Numbered from the stretch's first letter, positions 8,455 to 17,907 are shown. The stretch is 64,000 nucleotides of DNA from Opitutaceae bacterium (GCA_041652235.1 JBAZHQ010000001.1:32-64031); one strand, 5' to 3'. Translations and numbers: made by a program. Notes: generated by a model from the sequence alone, not told the origin.

Positions 8455-9837
8455 CTAGTACGGATCCGTCCAAGTCGGAGTCGCAGCCGCGAAGCCCTGA
8501 TTCCGGATCACGTATCGGGGATCCTTGATGCCGGGCATTCCCATCTCATCGATGAACATCGAGAACACCAACCCACGATCGGCCATCTCGTAGCTGGTCG
8601 GGGCCGCACGAACAACGGTCAAGGGCATGTTCTCGACGTAGAAAAACGCCTTCTTGAAATCGCCGGAGTACCAGATCGTATCGGCAGCAGCAGCACCTGC
8701 GGCCAACAGCGTCGTCCCGCTGTAGTAGCTCAAGGACTGCTGAACGTCGATGTACTTCAGCAGGCCCTGAATGGTGCTGTCCGACGCAACGTCGATGATC
8801 CGCTTGTACGCATACTGCGAAACCATCGGCTCGTTGAATCGACCGGCAATCGGATTCTTGCCGTAGCCCAGCGGGGTTCCGACCGTCGTGGTCGCGGACT
8901 CGTCTCCCTGGCGAACCTGGGTGTCGCTGAGGAGCTTCTCGCAGATGGCCCGGCGTCCGGGCATCACCAGCAGATCACGACACTCGATCGAGATCGGTTG
9001 GCCGGTCTCCTGGTCAACCATGCGAGAGAGGAGCTGGTAGACCTTGTCCAGGCTGGTGTAGTCAACCAGATCGTTGTTGACCAGGTTGACCCAGTTCCCA
9101 GAAATCAGGAAGGTCTTGTAGTTGGTGCCATCGTAGGTGTACGTGTTTCGGATACCGAGAACGGTGTCCAGAACCAGGTACTCCTTGCGAAGCGCTAGGG
9201 TCTGCGAGACAAGCTCGGCATGCTCCAGCACCTGGCGGGTCAGATCGAACATCACAGCCTCGCGGGTCACATCGACCGCGTTCGCGCGGTTCTTCGTGAT
9301 GGGCGAGGTGACGTACCGCTCGGTCAGGGCAGCACGCGGGTGCGACTGACCAGGCTTACGCTCCTGGGCGTAGTCGCCGGGCGTCGAGACACCGATGAAC
9401 TTCTCCTGAACCTTGTTGCTCGGGATGTTCGTGCAAAGCCGGTCGGCCAGGAATTCCGGGCGGTTGTACGCCTCAAGAATCTTGACCTCCAGCAGGCCGG
9501 CGACGGTCTCGTTAAATGCCGTGATGTCGCTGAAGGTGCTCGGGACGATGTCATTCCCGGCTTCGAGAACGTCGCCCTCAAGCTCTTGAAACTTCGGAGC
9601 CGGAGACGAGAGCCTCCGCTCGATGTTCTGCTCGCCGAAGATCGCTGTCGCCAGCGCCTTGAGCGAAACACCCTCCGGCCGAATGGTCTGACTCTCCAGA
9701 ACCGGCCGGCCTTCGGCGTTGCGGTACTTGATGCCCTTCTCGTTGCGAAGGCCAAGCAAGCTATGCATCGAATGAATGAAACCGACCGGACCCCGCTCGG
9801 CATACATCCTTCGTGCATGGTCGATGGAAAACGCCAT
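8455..9837 (-). CDS. Major capsid protein (HK97-fold-like)
   Basis: 460 aa, located after the protease/scaffold and decoration genes and followed by a strong hairpin. Composition is typical of capsid proteins. No database check was possible. Confidence 0.65.
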   Translation of the reverse strand: MAFSIDHARRMYAERGPVGFIHSMHSLLGLRNEKGIKYRNAEGRPVLESQTIRPEGVSLKALATAIFGEQNIERRLSSPAPKFQELEGDVLEAGNDIVPSTFSDITAFNETVAGLLEVKILEAYNRPEFLADRLCTNIPSNKVQEKFIGVSTPGDYAQERKPGQSHPRAALTERYVTSPITKNRANAVDVTREAVMFDLTRQVLEHAELVSQTLALRKEYLVLDTVLGIRNTYTYDGTNYKTFLISGNWVNLVNNDLVDYTSLDKVYQLLSRMVDQETGQPISIECRDLLVMPGRRAICEKLLSDTQVRQGDESATTTVGTPLGYGKNPIAGRFNEPMVSQYAYKRIIDVASDSTIQGLLKYIDVQQSLSYYSGTTLLAAGAAAADTIWYSGDFKKAFFYVENMPLTVVRAAPTSYEMADRGLVFSMFIDEMGMPGIKDPRYVIRNQGFAAATPTWTDPY

Positions 9838-9941
9838 GGTAAACTCTCACTTTTCTCAAAAAGGACGTGGTGGTTAAAACTGGGGATGGCCAATGCAGGC
9901 ACAGCCTACATGACCACCCCCAGCGCTTCGGGGGCGGTCGT

Positions 9942-10874
9942 CTACGCACTCCCCTTGATGATTCCCGCAGCAAGCAACGCAGCCTGAAGAGCGTTGACCA
10001 GCGTGTTGATCGCCGTGATATCGGTGACCGTCGCTGCAAGCTGCGTGTTCAACGCGAGGATATCGACTCGGGCCGCGTTCAGGAACGCAACGGCCGTGTT
10101 GAACGCGGCGTTCGTGTTGAAGCCCCAGGCTTCCGCTGCAGCGGAGTTGGATGCCGTCGCCGCGTTGATCGCAGCACCAATCGTCATGTTGGCAACAGCC
10201 ACCGTCTTGACGATCGCGGCCTGTCCAGCACCGCTCGGCTGCACGACCGGCGTGGCATTCCAGAAACCAAGCTTCTGGGTTGCGCCGGTACCGATCTTGG
10301 TGCCGGTGGTCGTGTTGGCGACGATGTTTGCACCGTCGTCCATCGTGATGCCGGCCGTGTTCAGCACCTGCAGCGCCAGGCTGTACAACGGAAGAACCCG
10401 GCTGATCAGGCAAACCGTGACCGTGGTGACAGCGCCTCCGGAGTCCTTCAGAATGTAACCGATCGCGTCGGCTGCCGTCGTGGTCTTCTTGACCTTGGCG
10501 TCCTCCAAAGCCGTCCCGCTGGACGCCTCCGTTGCGGCAAGCATGTCGCCCTGGTAGTACGTGCCGCTTGCGATGGTCATCGGACCAACGTAGACACGAC
10601 CAACCAGAATGGTGTTTCGCTCCTGCGATGCCGACATCGCCTCCTTGGCAACGCCGAGGAATCGCGGGCCGAAGTACGCCTGGTTGGCGGCCTCGCTGCT
10701 TTGATCCGGCATCTGCGAAGCCGGGTAGGCATGGCCCTGAGCAGAGGTGTCACCGTTCTGCAACGTCAGGCTGCCCGCAGTGTCGCTCCACATCAGATCG
10801 TTGATCGACACCGCAATTCCACCGTCAAACGGGCAGTCGACTTTGTCGACATCGCCCCAATACGTAGAACTCAT
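9942..10874 (-). CDS. Head decoration / capsid-associated protein
   Basis: 310 aa between the scaffold-protease and the capsid gene. The C-terminus is Ala/Thr/Asn-rich and repetitive. Confidence 0.4.
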   Translation of the reverse strand: MSSTYWGDVDKVDCPFDGGIAVSINDLMWSDTAGSLTLQNGDTSAQGHAYPASQMPDQSSEAANQAYFGPRFLGVAKEAMSASQERNTILVGRVYVGPMTIASGTYYQGDMLAATEASSGTALEDAKVKKTTTAADAIGYILKDSGGAVTTVTVCLISRVLPLYSLALQVLNTAGITMDDGANIVANTTTGTKIGTGATQKLGFWNATPVVQPSGAGQAAIVKTVAVANMTIGAAINAATASNSAAAEAWGFNTNAAFNTAVAFLNAARVDILALNTQLAATVTDITAINTLVNALQAALLAAGIIKGSA

Positions 10875-10945
10875 CTTTACACCCTTCGAAAATGGGGGAG
10901 GTTTGGCAGGTCCGCCGAGGTGGCCCCCTGCTCGTCGCTATGAGG

Positions 10946-12133
10946 TTAGCGAGCTGCCATCAGCAGCATGGCGTCGTCCTTGAGTTGCTCCTTGGACAAC
11001 ACAGACGCGGTGCTCTTATCCTTGTCCTGGCCCTCCTTAAAGGATTCCATGACCGATCCGCTCTTCGGCTTGGCGGAATTGCCCGCACCCATCTTCGGCC
11101 AGCTCTCGGCCAGGGCCTTGCGATCCGCCACGGGCACCGCAAGCAGTGCCTTAACCCGGATCGAGGTCGGATGCACGTGCGCCGACTCGAGAACGTCCAG
11201 CGCCTGCTCATAGTCGGGCTTGGCGGCCTTGCCCTTCTGCTTCGCGGACTCTTCCGAATCGTCACCCCCGAAATCGCCGCCGAAATCGCCGCCGTCGTCG
11301 GCAGCGGGCTCCTCGGCGGCCGGCTCCTCCTCTTCGTCGGCGAGAGCCTTGATGATCGCGTCGATCTTCTTCTGCAGCTCGCTCAGCATCGATTTCCTGG
11401 TGGCCTTGTCGGTCTTGGGATCCTTGATCGCGGGAAGGTACTTCGCCAGGATCGCGTCGATGGCGACATCCACAGGATCGCTCTCAGTTGCCGCAGCAGC
11501 CCCCGCATCGACGGCTCCGTCGCCGGCCAGGCTGCCCTCGTCGGCAATCGCGTCGTCCCCGGCCATACCCTGTGTATGGGGATCATTCATACTCTCATCC
11601 TCACTTTCAAAAATAGATGAAGTGGTTGCCGGATCCGCGACAAGGTCGACGGATCGCACCCTGGTTATACTCTCGTGAATGATCCCGCCGTTCCCGTCGG
11701 GAACCTGGATCGTCTTCGCGTTGTGGGAGAATCCGAAAATCTCAGGCATCGACTCCGCAGCCTCGCAGGCACGATCCGCGAACGGGTGCGCCTTCAAATA
11801 GTGCAAGTCCGCGTACGCCCCGTCTTCGCCGATGCGGACGTTGTGGAAAATGCCGAAGCGGTCTTCGATGTTCCGGTCAACCCCAGGCGACTCCCGATGG
11901 GGGTGGTTCAGATTGCACTTGGCCCCCTCGTACATCGACTTCGCCGCCTCCAGGCACTCCTTGGAGTACCTGCCCCCGTTCTTGGACTGGAATCCGACAA
12001 CCTTGGCCCCGTAGATGATGCCGGCCTCCCGGTCAACCTTGCACGGACGGGAGGCCTGAAAGTACTCGTAGACATCCCGCTCAACCTTTCGCGGCTTGAA
12101 CGATCCCGTCTTCATATTACTGGGCTTTGGCAT
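10946..12133 (-). CDS. Prohead protease fused to an acidic scaffold-like domain
   Basis: ATG 12133 lies 7 nt after GGGAGG (the track start is a TTG). RVRSVDLVADPA resembles the S.V..PA motif of prohead proteases. The C-terminal half is acidic, Ala-rich and helical (DGGDFGGDFGGDD, EEEEPAAEEP). Confidence 0.55.
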   Translation of the reverse strand: MPKPSNMKTGSFKPRKVERDVYEYFQASRPCKVDREAGIIYGAKVVGFQSKNGGRYSKECLEAAKSMYEGAKCNLNHPHRESPGVDRNIEDRFGIFHNVRIGEDGAYADLHYLKAHPFADRACEAAESMPEIFGFSHNAKTIQVPDGNGGIIHESITRVRSVDLVADPATTSSIFESEDESMNDPHTQGMAGDDAIADEGSLAGDGAVDAGAAAATESDPVDVAIDAILAKYLPAIKDPKTDKATRKSMLSELQKKIDAIIKALADEEEEPAAEEPAADDGGDFGGDFGGDDSEESAKQKGKAAKPDYEQALDVLESAHVHPTSIRVKALLAVPVADRKALAESWPKMGAGNSAKPKSGSVMESFKEGQDKDKSTASVLSKEQLKDDAMLLMAAR

Positions 12134-12179
12134 GGTCCCGCCTCCCAAAGTTTAAGGTAAACGAAAACTTGCTCCCCGT

Positions 12180-12208
12180 ATTATACCTCAGAATCAAGGG
12201 TTCACCAA
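12180..12208 (-). promoter_or_regulatory. Sigma70-like promoter upstream of the protease-scaffold gene
   Basis: Minus strand reads TTGGTG (12208..12203), 17 nt, TATAAT (12185..12180), inside the 70-nt intergenic gap. Confidence 0.45.
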
Positions 12209-12218
12209 ACACTAGTTG

Positions 12219-12773
12219 CTAGTCTATTGGCACCACTCGACCCTGATCTACCCATTTCCGATACAAAGATCTCTCCAGATCCGCACGATGGCTCAGCCCC
12301 GGTGGAAGGTCGTTCTTGGTGTCCCACAAGTAGTTGTCGAACGTTTCCCCGGCCCACCAGCCCGCCGTGTGTACCACGGGAAATTCCTGCAGCAAACAGA
12401 CCAAGGCCATCAACCCAGTGCTCGGCCAACCGTCTTTCTGGCCAAGCAGCATCATCGCACCGATCTCGGTCTCGCGGGGTATTTGCTCCCAATCATCGTT
12501 TAGGTCGAGTCCGTACGGCCGATACCATACCTTCCTGCATTTGGCTGGGGCAGATGGCACGCATGCCGAAGCAAACCATATCGTAACCCGCGAACCCACG
12601 TCCTCGGCGTACTCCCCGCCAAACGGATGCTCGTTAAATCGCACGACTTCGCCGAACGAATCGATCACATGACCAAGTCCCCGGCCGGATAACGACTTGG
12701 TTGCGGTGACCGCGACGACGCCTCTTGGTATAGATGCGGATACCTTCCCGACTTCAGCATCAATTCCATCCAT
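12219..12773 (-). CDS. GT29-like (sialyltransferase-like) glycosyltransferase
   Basis: GLGHVIDSFGEVVRFNEHPFGGEYAEDVGSRVTIW resembles sialyl motif L (G..ID....V.R.N....Y..DVGS). WPSTGLMALVCLLQEFPVVHTAGWW resembles motif S (PSTG...A......V...G). ATG is preceded by GGAGGAGGGGG. Confidence 0.5.
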   Translation of the reverse strand: MDGIDAEVGKVSASIPRGVVAVTATKSLSGRGLGHVIDSFGEVVRFNEHPFGGEYAEDVGSRVTIWFASACVPSAPAKCRKVWYRPYGLDLNDDWEQIPRETEIGAMMLLGQKDGWPSTGLMALVCLLQEFPVVHTAGWWAGETFDNYLWDTKNDLPPGLSHRADLERSLYRKWVDQGRVVPID

Positions 12774-13414
12774 AACAGATCCCCCTCCTCATCTATGTCT
12801 AGGTGAGGATCGTTGTGAACGACCCCCTTGATCCGCAGTTGAGCCCAAAACGCGGCCATATCCGAGAAATCCTGCTGAAGGATTCTCGGCCATAGTGCCG
12901 CAACACACCCGGAAAACGCGTGAATCTGCGGCATATCCTGCGACAAACCTGTCGGAGCAACCATTTCTACCGTCCCATCCACTTGAAGATGTGCGAGAAA
13001 TCCAAGCGGGAGGGAACGAACCATAGTCTGAACAACGTCGTGTTGATCGGTCAGGGCCTCGGCTGTCCGGTGAATCAGCAGGGGCGAATAGCAGGGCGAC
13101 GTCGTCGTTGTCGAAACGATCACGTCTACCTTCCACCGCAGATGTTCTACCGCGTATAACCACGCACGATGAATCGCACGAATCGAATTTTCGTGAACCA
13201 CCGTCGGTTCCCGGCAAACTTCCACCCCGAAATTAGTCGCGACCTTTGCAATGCTGTCGTCATCCGTAACCACGATCGTCCGCCACAGAAGGCCGGCCGA
13301 TGCTATATTCCGCATCGCGTACCACATAAGTGGTTTCCCAAGCACGCGCCGCATGTTTTTCCCAGGAACTCGTGTTGACCCACCCCGGGCCGCAACAACG
13401 CTGAGCAGATTCAT
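12665..13414 (-). CDS. neuA: CMP-nonulosonic acid (NeuA-like) cytidylyltransferase
   Basis: N-terminal AARGGSTRVPGKNMRRVLGKPLMWY is the classic acylneuraminate cytidylyltransferase P-loop. The last 109 nt overlap the GT29-like gene out of frame. Confidence 0.75.
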   Translation of the reverse strand: MNLLSVVAARGGSTRVPGKNMRRVLGKPLMWYAMRNIASAGLLWRTIVVTDDDSIAKVATNFGVEVCREPTVVHENSIRAIHRAWLYAVEHLRWKVDVIVSTTTTSPCYSPLLIHRTAEALTDQHDVVQTMVRSLPLGFLAHLQVDGTVEMVAPTGLSQDMPQIHAFSGCVAALWPRILQQDFSDMAAFWAQLRIKGVVHNDPHLDIDEEGDLLWMELMLKSGRYPHLYQEASSRSPQPSRYPAGDLVM

Positions 13415-14781
13415 TTCAGATCCTCCGTGTTGATCCGATCGAACGCCATCAAGGTATTCTTGAAGTACGGAAGCGTCGTCACAGAATTTCGAAGCATGGT
13501 CTCCACGACCAGGTTTCTGCTGAATCCCCGGCTAAGCATCTGCTCCGTGACCCATTCGTTCGTCTGGCAATTCACATGGCCGTGTCCCACTTGGCCCGGG
13601 ACGGCCCAGGATAGCACCACCTGCCGTTCGGCCATCCGGCAAATATTGTCCAGCAGGGCGTCCTGGTATTGAGCCGGCACGTGTTCGCCCACCTCAAGGC
13701 ACAGGACGGCGTCTGAGGGGCGGATGCCGAGGGGCTCGGTTAGATCCGCCTCCCCATACAAACAGCCCTTGTCGGCCGTTCCTGGCGTCCCGTCGACCCC
13801 GAAAACCGGGACGCCAGCCTTGTCCAGGGCCTCGACGTACCACCCCCTCCCGCACCCCAGGTCTACCACCCGATACTCAGCAGCCCGCCACATCCGGCAC
13901 AGGGCCTTTTCCAGGCCCTCGTCGTGCTGCGCCCCGTCGGGCAGCTCCTCCAACCAGATGCCGTGATCGTCGATCTTTCCCTCGATGGCCTTCTGGGCCT
14001 CCACAAGCCGCTGTGCCGCCAAATCGCCCTTCTGGTCCACCTCCCAGTCTCCCCAGGGAGCTGCTGACGTGAACGGGATCGGACCAACATGCTGTACCGC
14101 GACCTTACGGGTCGCATACAGCTTCGCTCCGTAGCCGTGCAAGATCCGGCTGAGCATCCAATCCTCGGTCTCCGTCTGCGTCTCCCAGCCGCCCCCAGGA
14201 ACGTAGATAATCCTGTTCCGAATCTCGAAGTGGGGCTCCAGCTCGCCACTATCGCCAACCCGGTCCCAGTACTCCGGCCGCAGATCAAGCAGCATGCACC
14301 CGGTGTTCAAGAGCAGTTTGTATCCCAGCGGCCCGGATTGATCGCCGATGTCGTCGATACAAAAGGTCTCCGGCAGCTTGAAAACCTCATGCATGGTAAG
14401 CCGGCCAAGCGGGTTCCAGCGGTTGTCCTTGGCAACCGCTGTGCTGGTGGTGCCGTGCCCGTCTTTAATCGGCGACACAGCGGCTATCCAGTGTGCGCCG
14501 GTGGCCTGCATCTCTTCGTGCAGCGTGTCCAGCCACCAGGCCGATGGAATGATGTCGGCGTGCAGCATGGCCAGGTGCGTGCATTCGCTCTTCGCCCGCA
14601 GATTCAGAGCGAAGCACAGAGCGCGATTGAAGCTCAGCGCCATGTTGCTGCACGGCGACGGATCCAGCCGCATGATGACCTTACCCTCGCCCTTGCTCAT
14701 CTCGGCGAAGTACGCCTTCGCAGCGAACGGGTTGATGTCCCCGAAGCAGGGCATGTACGCAACGATCTTGTCCATCTCCAT
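13411..14781 (-). CDS. Bifunctional GT-A-like glycosyltransferase / SAM-dependent methyltransferase
   Basis: The N-terminal half has a GT2-like layout (FNRALCFALN...LAMLHADI). The C-terminal half carries methyltransferase motif I, VVDLGCGRGWY, and later LCLEVGEH. Confidence 0.6.
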   Translation of the reverse strand: MEMDKIVAYMPCFGDINPFAAKAYFAEMSKGEGKVIMRLDPSPCSNMALSFNRALCFALNLRAKSECTHLAMLHADIIPSAWWLDTLHEEMQATGAHWIAAVSPIKDGHGTTSTAVAKDNRWNPLGRLTMHEVFKLPETFCIDDIGDQSGPLGYKLLLNTGCMLLDLRPEYWDRVGDSGELEPHFEIRNRIIYVPGGGWETQTETEDWMLSRILHGYGAKLYATRKVAVQHVGPIPFTSAAPWGDWEVDQKGDLAAQRLVEAQKAIEGKIDDHGIWLEELPDGAQHDEGLEKALCRMWRAAEYRVVDLGCGRGWYVEALDKAGVPVFGVDGTPGTADKGCLYGEADLTEPLGIRPSDAVLCLEVGEHVPAQYQDALLDNICRMAERQVVLSWAVPGQVGHGHVNCQTNEWVTEQMLSRGFSRNLVVETMLRNSVTTLPYFKNTLMAFDRINTEDLK

Positions 14782-14811
14782 AACTACCCTCCCAAAGCTA
14801 AGGTTTAAAAA

Positions 14812-16179
14812 CTATTCCCCGACGCTCTCCCGATCATTGTGCGCTTCGTCAGTCCAGGCTTCGCTGATGTTGTCGGCCGTGGGATCCTCGACCTTGTACA
14901 TCTTCTTGTTCAGATAGTAGTATTTGCCGACCATACCTCTGATCCACTTAGCCCCTGGAGGCAGCACTTTAGGTACGATCCCCCTTTGTTTTTCCTGGGG
15001 GAGACTGGTAGGAGACGCTGTGGGCTTGCTGGATTCTAGGCGTCCCAACAGCTCCTTTGCCTCGTCGGCAGTCATCGCATAGTTATTGTGGTCCGTATTT
15101 TTGAAACCATACTTCTCGTAGAACCCCCTGGCCTCGTCAGAGCTGGACAGGGTGATACCCGCATTCTGCCTCACCGCATCGGCCGCCACGTGCCTGAGCA
15201 GTGCCACTCCGACGCCTCGACCCCCGACTACAGCCCCGAAGTGGTCGATGGCGATGCTACCCTCCTCCTTCGGCAGGATCGACGTCGCACCAAGGATCCT
15301 ACCCCGCTCATCCCTGATCACAACGCGGTCTGCCCCTTGTGCCATGACCGCAGCCTCAGCCTCACCGATCGCGTTCTGACTCCCCCCTGACGACCGGATC
15401 TCGTTTGAGAGCTTCTTCCATTCATTCAGCTTAGTTCGAGAAGCAACCATTCCCCCGCCGCCTACCACCTTGCTCCTTGGATGCTTTTGCTCTTCCGCCT
15501 TCTTGTTCCGTGCTCGTGTCTCAGCCGACTTCTCACGGGCTTCGTCAGTCCAGGCTTCGCTGACGCCCATCCCCCGGCCCATCTCGTACCGAAGCTCACA
15601 CCTGCACCTCGGGTGCGCCGGCGGCCCGGTTATAGACACCCGGCCCCAAACATCCCGGGACGTCCCGTTCAACGGCCTGCAAACCGGACATACCCGATCG
15701 TCGCGTGCCGTCACCCAAATCACGTCCGGGGCGTCGATCTCCCCAAGGACGACGGCGGTGCCGATCGCACCATACTCGCCGGCCGTCTTCGCCCGGGTCG
15801 TTTCCGTGATCGCGATCTTCTCGGCCCGGTCCTCACCAAACTGCGGTGCGTAGTCCGCCTCCGCTCCGTCGGCCTTTTTCTCTGATACCGCAGCCTTCGT
15901 GTTCGCCACGATCTGCTTCGCCAGCTCGCGGCTGTACCGCTCGGCCCAATCCCCGGCCTTCTTGCTGGCGTCCTTCAGGTCGACGTCGATGTGGTCCGTT
16001 AACCGGTCGAAGCTCGCCTCGTAGGTACCGGACAGCTTCTTGGCGATCTCCGCCTGAAGATCGGCCCGAAACGCGGCCCAGTCAATACTGGGCAGTTGCT
16101 TTTCGTACCGACGAAACAGCAGCAGCAGAATCGCGGCCAGCTCCAGCTCCCGCTTTTTCCGATCCTTAAGATCCGGCAT
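14812..16179 (-). CDS. MuF/SPP1-gp7-like head morphogenesis protein fused to a GNAT acetyltransferase
   Basis: DDRVCPVCRPLNG...PPAHPRCRC is the MuF signature, and GGRGVGVALLRH...ARGFYEKYGF is GNAT motif A. The two domains are separated by SEAWTDEAREKSAETRARNKK. ATG 16179 follows the upstream TAA (TAACATG). Confidence 0.8.
   Translation of the reverse strand: MPDLKDRKKRELELAAILLLLFRRYEKQLPSIDWAAFRADLQAEIAKKLSGTYEASFDRLTDHIDVDLKDASKKAGDWAERYSRELAKQIVANTKAAVSEKKADGAEADYAPQFGEDRAEKIAITETTRAKTAGEYGAIGTAVVLGEIDAPDVIWVTARDDRVCPVCRPLNGTSRDVWGRVSITGPPAHPRCRCELRYEMGRGMGVSEAWTDEAREKSAETRARNKKAEEQKHPRSKVVGGGGMVASRTKLNEWKKLSNEIRSSGGSQNAIGEAEAAVMAQGADRVVIRDERGRILGATSILPKEEGSIAIDHFGAVVGGRGVGVALLRHVAADAVRQNAGITLSSSDEARGFYEKYGFKNTDHNNYAMTADEAKELLGRLESSKPTASPTSLPQEKQRGIVPKVLPPGAKWIRGMVGKYYYLNKKMYKVEDPTADNISEAWTDEAHNDRESVGE
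14843..14867 (-). repeat. 25-nt repeat encoding SEAWTDEA, copy at the MuF-GNAT C-terminus
   Basis: gcttcgtcagtccaggcttcgctga is identical to 15539-15563. Confidence 0.9.
15539..15563 (-). repeat. 25-nt repeat encoding SEAWTDEA, copy at the MuF/GNAT junction
   Basis: Identical to 14843-14867. Related copies lie at 17262-17285, 17822-17845 and 23325-23348. Confidence 0.85.
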
Positions 16180-16180
16180 G

Positions 16181-17896
16181 TTAGAATCCCCGCATCTCCA
16201 GGTCGGTATACAAAGCGATCTCGGACGCAAACTCCCGGTCAAACGCCTCGTCCCAGGATTCCAGAACGTCGAGGGATTCCTGCACGGAAGGATCCTTGAT
16301 AAGCGTGAATGTTTTGTAGCCCGGATGTGACCGAGTCTCCGCTTTGACCTTGTAGCCGTGGCGACGTGCGATCAAAGCCGCTGCCCGACCGTACAGATCG
16401 ACGCGGCTCTCCTCGGATAAGTTGGCCAGGAAATAAAATCTCCTGGGCCTCTCCTGCGACACAAAGCTGTCCAGGGCACCTCCAACCTTCCTGAAAAGCT
16501 CGATGGCTTTCCCCTTCAGTTTTCCGGTGATGCCAAAACCGTAGCCTTCAGATGTGTCCCTGAAATCGAAGTCCCACTCGTTGTTATAATCTTTGTATGC
16601 GCGAGCCCTAAACGGGACGTCACCGACGGAAAAGGTAGTTGTGTAGTTCCCAATGCCTTCTTTCTCCATATTCATCGGCTTTGGGTTGTAGCCCGCGACG
16701 TGCGTGCCCCCAGCAGCTCGTACCGCAGCTCGGCCCGGAGTGCGCAATCTCATCATGCCCTGAGTTGGGTCAGATGTCGGCTGCGCCGGCGTCGGTGCTG
16801 GTGCCGGACGGCTAGTGGGGTTGGCCTGCTCTTTCTCGGTCGCAATAGTGCGCAGCACAGCATCCGGCCCGCCGACCCTCGCGATCTTCTCTACGTCGAT
16901 GTTCTCTTCCTGGGGCGGGGCTGCCGGCTGCGGCTGTGCCGGTCGCTCTGCAGGTTGCTGCCCGGCCGGCCTGTTGATCGGGGCAAGCCGCTCTTTCTCG
17001 GATGAAAACTGCCGAACAAGCTCGTTGGCGTTTTCCTGCCGCTGCCGTCGCGAGATGGGACGGGTTCCCGGCCTGTGCGGACGGCCCAGCTTTTCGGACA
17101 CGGCGTTGTGCATCTCGGCGTTGCGACGTCGCGTTTCCGCCGATAACTCCCGGGCGTGTTCGGTCCACGCCTCCAGCGTCTCGGCGCTTAGATCCGCTCC
17201 CCGGGACACAAGATCGAGAAGGACGGCTTCGTTCATGGGTAACTCCTCTGACTTCCTGCGGGCCTCGTCGGTCCACGCTTCATTGATATCCTCGGATTTA
17301 GGATCGAACGTCCCTCTGTTGCCTGTAGCGGATTTAATCTGATTGGGAGAGAACGCTACAAAAGTAGTTGTTGGCGGACCTCCGAAGGCAAAGTTGCGAA
17401 TGCGATATACTACCACCCCATCATGACCCTTGGCCTTTGCGGTATCAACGATCTTTTGCATGGCCTCTCGCGTGTACAGTTTGCTATTAAAATTGACAAA
17501 GAGTGGATTCTGTACCGACAAATATACAGGCTTCACGTTTAATCCGTGGCCCGACTTAATCTCACCAAACTCTGCCGCGTCTCCGCTATCGCTAGTGAAG
17601 AAAAACACCTGCTCGCTCGTTAGCTTTGACGTATTGAACGTATCAAAATCTGACTTTGTTCCGTGATAGACAACGCGAGGCTTGCCGGACGTATCAACTA
17701 CCCGACTCTTGCCAAACCATTGTCGAAACTGCGGCGTGTCGGTTTGACGAACTCGTGGATGCTTTGTCTCCTCCTGCTTGTTCCGTGCTCGTGTCTCCGC
17801 AGACTTCCTGCGGGCTTCGTCGGTCCAGGCTTCGAGAGTGTCTTCGCTGACAACAGCTCCCCGGGACACAAGATCGAGAAGGACGGCTTCGTTCAT
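16181..17896 (-). CDS. Two-cassette polyvalent protein: leader + ART-like domain, then second leader + Pro/Gln-rich linker + unknown C-terminal domain
   Basis: FRQWFGKSRVVDTSGKPRVVYHGT...FFFTSD...YLSVQNP resembles the ART-like domain of phage polyvalent proteins. The leader MNEAVLLDLVSRGA occurs at residue 1 and again at residue 221. Confidence 0.5.
   Translation of the reverse strand: MNEAVLLDLVSRGAVVSEDTLEAWTDEARRKSAETRARNKQEETKHPRVRQTDTPQFRQWFGKSRVVDTSGKPRVVYHGTKSDFDTFNTSKLTSEQVFFFTSDSGDAAEFGEIKSGHGLNVKPVYLSVQNPLFVNFNSKLYTREAMQKIVDTAKAKGHDGVVVYRIRNFAFGGPPTTTFVAFSPNQIKSATGNRGTFDPKSEDINEAWTDEARRKSEELPMNEAVLLDLVSRGADLSAETLEAWTEHARELSAETRRRNAEMHNAVSEKLGRPHRPGTRPISRRQRQENANELVRQFSSEKERLAPINRPAGQQPAERPAQPQPAAPPQEENIDVEKIARVGGPDAVLRTIATEKEQANPTSRPAPAPTPAQPTSDPTQGMMRLRTPGRAAVRAAGGTHVAGYNPKPMNMEKEGIGNYTTTFSVGDVPFRARAYKDYNNEWDFDFRDTSEGYGFGITGKLKGKAIELFRKVGGALDSFVSQERPRRFYFLANLSEESRVDLYGRAAALIARRHGYKVKAETRSHPGYKTFTLIKDPSVQESLDVLESWDEAFDREFASEIALYTDLEMRGF
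17196..17247 (-). repeat. 52-nt exact repeat, copy 1 (cassette junction with SD and ATG)
   Basis: gctccccgggacacaagatcgagaaggacggcttcgttcatgggtaactcct is identical to 17856-17907. Confidence 0.9.
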
Positions 17897-17907
17897 GGGT
17901 AACTCCT
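17856..17907 (-). repeat. 52-nt exact repeat, copy 2
   Basis: Identical to 17196-17247. It covers the RBS, the ATG and the first 13 codons of the cassette leader. Confidence 0.9.
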
